NCBI GenBank assembly: GCA_963662665.2
Contig: CAXXJS010000031.1
Span: 64,001 to 128,000, forward strand
Source: Candidatus Latescibacterota bacterium
GTDB lineage: Bacteria > Latescibacterota > UBA2968 > GCA-2709665
Length of the DNA stretch: 64,000 bases
Direction of reading: 5' to 3'
Made by a program: the position numbers and the translations under genes. The stretch's first letter is position 1; each line of letters opens with the position of its first letter. The notes under the pieces were generated by a model. It did not search any database. It worked only from the letters and a program-made list of their open reading frames with translations, and was not told where the DNA came from. This document shows positions 58,856 through 64,000 of the stretch, piece after piece.

Positions 58856-60337
58856 ATGTGTAAATCCATTTGCGGGCGCCCGCGCCCGGTTACTCGATCT
58901 GTCTGGATAATTCTGTTCTGTATTGCGGCGTGGAGTTGCGGCGTCAGTCATCAGGAAGTGGAACTGGCCGAAAAAGACGCGTTGACCACCGTGTTCGGCC
59001 TTGTTCACAGCGGCAAACTGGACGGCGCCCTGGTTGCGGAGGCCGTAACGGTACTGAGCGGGCTGGAAAGCGCGGATGCGAATTCCGCATTTCTAACATT
59101 GCTGGGCCATCCCGATGAAATCGTAGTTCTGCGGGCAGTCGAAGCACTTGGAAAACAGAATGGTCCGGGTGCTGTCAACGCACTTGAGGGACTGTTCGAA
59201 GAAACGGATAACGCTTTAGTGAAAGTGGAAGTTGCGGCGGCGCTTGATCGTCTGAACCCGGAGTCGATGAGTCCATGGCTGGCGGAAACACTCGGGGACG
59301 GCCAAATGAGCATGGTCCGGTCCAAAGCCGCCGCCGCGCTCGGTCAACTGGGAAACGCGGCAACCGTTCCGGCTCTCCGACGAGCCTTTGGGGAAGATCC
59401 GGATCCGGTTGTCCGATCCGCCGCAGCATTGGCGCTTGCCCGGGTGGGGGATCTGCAGAGTTTGTCCGCGGTTGCCGATACCCTGTTAAAAACAAAACAG
59501 CTTTCCACCTCGCTCGTCATGGTGGAGGCTCTTGAGCAATTCGGCACAGGCGAAGCGATCAACCACCTCGAGACGGTGGCGAAACAGAAAACGTGGCAAC
59601 AGTCCCTGCGAATCCGCTGTTTCGAAGCGCTGGGGGGAATGTCGGCAACGTCGATTGGCGCCTATCTCAAGGAGCGTTTGATGGAGGAGGGAGACGCTTC
59701 GGACCGGGTACTGGCCGCTGAGGGATTGGGGTGGATTCAGGATTCAACGGCCGTGGATCTCCTGCGATCCGCGTTCTTCAGCCCCGGGAATCAGCCGATC
59801 CGGCTCAGCGCGGCGTGGTCCCTGTCAAGACTCGGACACGGAGCCGAGATTTCAGAGGAACTGGAAGACGACTTGAAAAGTGTACACGCCGGGTTCCGGC
59901 GTCGGTCGGCGGAAATTCTGGGGATCATCGGTGATGCAGGACGGATCCCGGCCCTGAAGAATGCGTTCTCGCAAAGCAGGCAGTTTTCCGTCCATCGGGC
60001 GATTGTACAGGCTCTGGGTAATATCGCCGATGCCGAGGCCGTCGCGGTTCTGATGTGGGCATTTCATCAGGATGTGTCGCTGGAAATCAGAGAAACCATT
60101 GTAGAAGCGCTTGGACAGATGACGCTGGGCGTGGCGCACAGGGCGCTGGCGGAGATCCTCGAACAAAGCGAAGAAGTGATCCTTCAGGCAGCGGCTCTGA
60201 GAGGATTGGCACAGTCGCGCGACCTGAAACAGTTGCGGACGCTGCGGTCGTACCTCAATAACCCGGAACCGGGCCTTCGCCTGGAAGCAGCAAGGGGAAT
60301 CTTTGAACTGGCCCGCGCCGGAAATCAACCCGGCTGA
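58856..60337 (+). CDS. HEAT-repeat lipoprotein
   Basis: Lipobox-like AAWSC; many repeats of the type VRSxAAxALG. Confidence 0.82.
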   Translation: MCKSICGRPRPVTRSVWIILFCIAAWSCGVSHQEVELAEKDALTTVFGLVHSGKLDGALVAEAVTVLSGLESADANSAFLTLLGHPDEIVVLRAVEALGKQNGPGAVNALEGLFEETDNALVKVEVAAALDRLNPESMSPWLAETLGDGQMSMVRSKAAAALGQLGNAATVPALRRAFGEDPDPVVRSAAALALARVGDLQSLSAVADTLLKTKQLSTSLVMVEALEQFGTGEAINHLETVAKQKTWQQSLRIRCFEALGGMSATSIGAYLKERLMEEGDASDRVLAAEGLGWIQDSTAVDLLRSAFFSPGNQPIRLSAAWSLSRLGHGAEISEELEDDLKSVHAGFRRRSAEILGIIGDAGRIPALKNAFSQSRQFSVHRAIVQALGNIADAEAVAVLMWAFHQDVSLEIRETIVEALGQMTLGVAHRALAEILEQSEEVILQAAALRGLAQSRDLKQLRTLRSYLNNPEPGLRLEAARGIFELARAGNQPG

Positions 60338-60384
60338 CTCCGGTGTCAATTATCCACGCATCGTAATGAGAGATTGAACGACAG

Positions 60385-61575
60385 ATGAGTATCCGCCGCA
60401 AAATCCCGGTCTGGATGTTTTCGGTCGGTATCCTGGTATCGAGCGCATTGTCACAGACCACCAACGACATCGATTTCGACGATAACGATGTGATCGATTT
60501 CGGGGATTTTGTACTCCTGGCGCGGGCATTCGGCACAGGGGATACGCGGTATGACCTCAACGGTGACGGCTCAGTCGACCTGCAGGATTTCCTGATCTTC
60601 GCACGCCTTTATGACAAAGCCCAACATACGGTAATGCACTCTCATGTAGATGAGGAAGTCGCTGTAGGGACCGTGGATTTCTATGCGGTGCCGAGGCTGG
60701 GAAGCCAGCCGCACGACGTCGTGGTGGACGTACTGGGCCGCGTCTGGTTCACGCAAACGGGTGCAAACCAGATCGGTCGCCTCGACCCGTCAACCGAATC
60801 ATTTGCTGAATACCCGTTGCCGACCCCCGGAGGACGGCCGGACCGGCTTGCCGTTGACGGTCGCGGGGTCGTCTGGTTCACGGACATCGTTGCGAACGCG
60901 ATCGGCAGTCTGGATCCTATTTCCGGCGAGATCCGGGTATATAGCGTACCCACGCCGGGCAGCCGACCGAGGGGTCTCGTATTCGACCGCAAGGGGTACC
61001 TCTGGTTCACGCAGGAATCAGGCAATCAGATCGGCCGATTCGATCCCGACCGCGGCACGTTCGATGAGTATCCTGTTTTCACGTCTTCCGCAGGTCTGGA
61101 CCAGATTCTGATCGATAGTGACGGCGTGCTGGTATTTGTGGAACGCACCGCCGGGAAATTCGGCCGGATGAATCCGGAGACGAAAGAGATCGTGGAGATC
61201 GGGATACCCGTCCAGGATTTGACCATCAGGCAGTTCGTACTGGATGCCGGAGGACAGATCTGGTTTTCCGCGAATTCCTATCAGTTGCACACGTGGGACC
61301 TTCTGGGGACCGGAAATTTCGCGAGCTATATCCTGCCTGAAGACGGGCCCGATCCAACCTCCCTGGCCGTGGACCTGAATGGGCGTATCTGGTATGCAGG
61401 TGATGAATCGCGATACGTCGCGCGATTCGATCCCGAGTCGTCCAGCGTTCGGATTCTTGAGTTGCCGTCTTCGGTCTCGGGCGTCGGACGGCTGACGGTT
61501 GATCGGCTCGGCGGGATCTGGTTTTCCGACCCGTCCGGAAACAGGATCGGAAAGGTCGAGGATATCGGGCCGTGA
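60385..61575 (+). CDS. Secreted dockerin/EF-hand domain protein with a Vgb (virginiamycin B lyase)-like beta-propeller
   Basis: DFDDNDVIDFGDF and DLNGDGSVDLQDF calcium loops; repeats G-x-VWFT..NQIGRLDP. Confidence 0.82.
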   Translation: MSIRRKIPVWMFSVGILVSSALSQTTNDIDFDDNDVIDFGDFVLLARAFGTGDTRYDLNGDGSVDLQDFLIFARLYDKAQHTVMHSHVDEEVAVGTVDFYAVPRLGSQPHDVVVDVLGRVWFTQTGANQIGRLDPSTESFAEYPLPTPGGRPDRLAVDGRGVVWFTDIVANAIGSLDPISGEIRVYSVPTPGSRPRGLVFDRKGYLWFTQESGNQIGRFDPDRGTFDEYPVFTSSAGLDQILIDSDGVLVFVERTAGKFGRMNPETKEIVEIGIPVQDLTIRQFVLDAGGQIWFSANSYQLHTWDLLGTGNFASYILPEDGPDPTSLAVDLNGRIWYAGDESRYVARFDPESSSVRILELPSSVSGVGRLTVDRLGGIWFSDPSGNRIGKVEDIGP

Positions 61576-61601
61576 ACCGTCTGTTTCATCGCTTGCCACA
61601 C

Positions 61602-61633
61602 GCGTCTCAGTCTTGTGGACTGAGACGCTTTTG
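61602..61633 (+). terminator. Intrinsic terminator
   Basis: GCGTCTCAGTC-TTGTG-GACTGAGACGC followed by TTTT. Confidence 0.75.
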
Positions 61634-61666
61634 TTATGTGCAATGCCGGAAGACAATAAAAAGAAA

Positions 61667-61695
61667 TTGACAGGGATGGGGGTCTTCGGTACCAT
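61667..61695 (+). promoter_or_regulatory. Sigma70 promoter for the ABC transporter operon
   Basis: TTGACA-17 nt-TACCAT. Confidence 0.65.
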
Positions 61696-61752
61696 TTCGA
61701 CCGGGTTTGCGGGAAGGAAACAGGCACCTCAATCGAAGCCGGTGGGCCAGCC

Positions 61753-63315
61753 GTGAAGTTTCGAATTCTACCGTTGATTTGCTTCTTTACGCTCAATCCC
61801 GTCACTCCTTTCGCGATGGATCGGCTGGTATTGATTTCGCCGCATCCGGACGGCGTTCAGAACGAATTCGAGACGGCGTTCAAATCTCACTACGCCAGGC
61901 TGACCGGCCGGCAGATCGTCCTGGAATGGCTCGACGTGGGCGGCGGCACCAGTTCCATTCTGAGATATATCAAATCGGAGTACAGGCGTGCGCCGGGTGG
62001 AATCGGTATTGATATTTTCTTCGGCGGAGGCATGGATCCGTTTATGGAAATTGCCGATATGGGCCTTTGCTCGACCCATCGCCTTCCGGTCGATCTACTG
62101 AATCGTCTGCCGCGGAAGATCGGCGGCGTGCCGCTCTACGATCCCGACTACCGCTGGTACGGCGCCACCCTGGCGGGCTTCGGAATTGTGTACAACCGGG
62201 CAGTACTCGAGCTCGTGAAACTGCCGATACCGCGAACCTGGGCCGATCTGGGAGATGCGAGGTTGTTTTCGTGGGTGGGGTCGGGAGATCCCAGAAGCAG
62301 TGGCAGCGTACACATGGCCTATGAGTTGATGCTGCAGGCATACGGCTGGGAGCGGGGTTGGGAGGTCATCACGACGCTGGGCGCGAATGTCCGCAACTTC
62401 ACGTCCGGGGGCTCTCAGGCGCCCAAGGATGTTGCCGTTGGCGAAGTGGCCTACGGTCTGTCCATCGACTTCTATGCCTGGGCCCAGGTAAGCCAGGCAG
62501 GAGAAGAATACATCGGATTCACGATGCCCGACAATCTGACCATTGTCAATCCCGACGGCGTGGCCATCCTTAAAGGCGCACCGAACCGCCCGGCGGCGCG
62601 GCGATTTGTTGAGTTTGTCATGTCGGATGCGGGCCAGAAACTCTGGTTTCTGAAAAAAGGAGTTTCGGGCGGCCCCGTGGAAACGGCATTGAACCGGTTT
62701 ACGGTATTGCCCGACCTCTATCGGCGGTACAGCGATGAAGCCGCCGTTTCGTTGAACCCGTTCGAGTGGACGTCGGACCTCGTCTATGACTCAGACAAGG
62801 CGTCCGCCCGGTGGCGCGTGTTAAACGATCTGATCGGCGTTATGGTGATCGATTCCCATGAACAGCTGCAGAACGCCTGGAAAAAGGCGATTGAAGAAGG
62901 AACTGCACTCGAGAGTATCGGCCGGCTCTCTGCTGTACCCGTCAGCGAGGAAGCATGCGGTAGGCTGGGCGCCCGCTGGCGGGACCCGGAACTGCGCAAC
63001 AAGACCCTGGCGGCCTGGACCGAATTCGCCCGTAAAAAATACGGCGGCGGCGACCCTCCGATTCAGACGCGTCTTTTGAACTGGCTGACACTCCTGTTTC
63101 CCGTGGGCCTTGCGGGGGCCATGGTATTCTACCTTGGAAAGATTTCGCCCCGATCGGTTCGACGATACATCGTACCCGCGGTATTCGGCGTTGCTATTCT
63201 GCTGAGTGCCCTTGAAATCTCTATTGTTCCAACACCGATTCTGGTGCTGTTGATCATTTCGTGCGCATCAGTCATGTTTTGGCGGACGTTCCGTCGCGGA
63301 TGCACCGGTTCCTGA
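61753..63315 (+). CDS. ABC transporter substrate-binding protein (Fe3+/thiamine-like family) with C-terminal TM helices
   Basis: LVLISPH, DIFFGGG, GIVYN, PRTWADL, DPRSSGS, AILKGAPN; hydrophobic C-terminal tail. Confidence 0.82.
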   Translation: MKFRILPLICFFTLNPVTPFAMDRLVLISPHPDGVQNEFETAFKSHYARLTGRQIVLEWLDVGGGTSSILRYIKSEYRRAPGGIGIDIFFGGGMDPFMEIADMGLCSTHRLPVDLLNRLPRKIGGVPLYDPDYRWYGATLAGFGIVYNRAVLELVKLPIPRTWADLGDARLFSWVGSGDPRSSGSVHMAYELMLQAYGWERGWEVITTLGANVRNFTSGGSQAPKDVAVGEVAYGLSIDFYAWAQVSQAGEEYIGFTMPDNLTIVNPDGVAILKGAPNRPAARRFVEFVMSDAGQKLWFLKKGVSGGPVETALNRFTVLPDLYRRYSDEAAVSLNPFEWTSDLVYDSDKASARWRVLNDLIGVMVIDSHEQLQNAWKKAIEEGTALESIGRLSAVPVSEEACGRLGARWRDPELRNKTLAAWTEFARKKYGGGDPPIQTRLLNWLTLLFPVGLAGAMVFYLGKISPRSVRRYIVPAVFGVAILLSALEISIVPTPILVLLIISCASVMFWRTFRRGCTGS

Positions 63316-63395
63316 GGATGATGGGTCTGGCCCCCCCCGGCGGCGACCGTACTCCAGTGGAATGCCCCGGTAAATTCCAGACTTGAGGACAGTCA

Positions 63396-64000
63396 ATGGT
63401 TCGTGTTCGCCTGAAGGGTGTCTCCAAACGATTCGGCAGTGTTTTCGCCGTAGAACGCGTCGATCTGGAAATCAAAAAAGGGGAGTTTTTCTTTCTGCTG
63501 GGACCTTCGGGATGCGGTAAAACCACGCTGTTGAGACTGATCGCCGGATTCTACAGACCGGAACGCGGCCGGGTGTTTTTTGACGAACGGGACATCACCG
63601 ACGTACCGCCCGAAAAGCGGAACACGGGACTGGTCTTCCAGAACTATGCGCTTTGGCCGCACATGACGGTCTGGCAAAACGTGGAATACGGACTTTCCAT
63701 GCGCAACATTGCGCCCCGGGAACGCACTGAACGGATCCGGTCTGCTTTGGATATGGTGCGAATGGAATCCTACAGGGACAGATCGCCCAACCAGCTGTCG
63801 GGCGGACAGCAGCAGCGCGTGGCGCTGGCGCGTGCACTGGTAATCGAACCCGACGTGGTATTGCTGGACGAGCCGCTCTCCAATCTCGATGCCCGCTTGC
63901 GGCTGGAGATGCGGGAACAGATTCAGGCGCTCCATCGAAACCTCGGCGTCACCATGATTTATGTGACCCACGATCAGAAGGAGGCGCTTGCGATGGCCAG
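63396..64000 (+). CDS. ABC transporter ATP-binding protein (PotA/FbpC-like), 3' end outside the window
   Basis: Absent from the ORF track because it has no stop in the window. [58 protein letters not shown]. Confidence 0.93.
   Translation, partial: MVRVRLKGVSKRFGSVFAVERVDLEIKKGEFFFLLGPSGCGKTTLLRLIAGFYRPERGRVFFDERDITDVPPEKRNTGLVFQNYALWPHMTVWQNVEYGLSMRNIAPRERTERIRSALDMVRMESYRDRSPNQLSGGQQQRVALARALVIEPDVVLLDEPLSNLDARLRLEMREQIQALHRNLGVTMIYVTHDQKEALAMA

Noticed and set aside
1-64000. CRISPR array, rRNA, prophage, autonomous IS
   Set aside because: No regularly spaced direct repeats, rRNA-like stretch, phage genes or transposase ORF were seen.

Overview
GC-rich bacterial chromosomal window with about 58 protein-coding genes and no rRNA, CRISPR array, transposase, integrase or phage genes. 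The gene repertoire (dockerin/EF-hand-tagged secreted protein, PQQ-like propellers, many Gfo/Idh/MocA dehydrogenases, ceramidase-like and FGE-like proteins) suggests Latescibacterota or a similar lineage; this is inference only. Contents: (i) two sugar/amino-sugar catabolism-like clusters (1-5.9 kb and 38.6-47.9 kb); (ii) housekeeping genes hemL, uvrA, rfbC, rfbB, bioF and a TrmJ-family methyltransferase; (iii) a co-oriented, partly decayed accessory tract (24.1-33.8 kb) with three toxin-antitoxin modules, methyltransferases, GNAT, VOC, NIF3 and cupin genes; (iv) a run of secreted/envelope genes and an ABC transporter at the right end. Most notable observations: a 66-nt tRNA-Arg(UCG)-like gene that lacks the D-arm yet has its own promoter and downstream hairpin, directly upstream of uvrA; a single ORF fusing apolipoprotein N-acyltransferase (Lnt) to TatC, preceded by an attenuator-like leader; and three copies of one MITE-like family of different lengths. 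All calls come from reading motifs by eye; no database searches were run.
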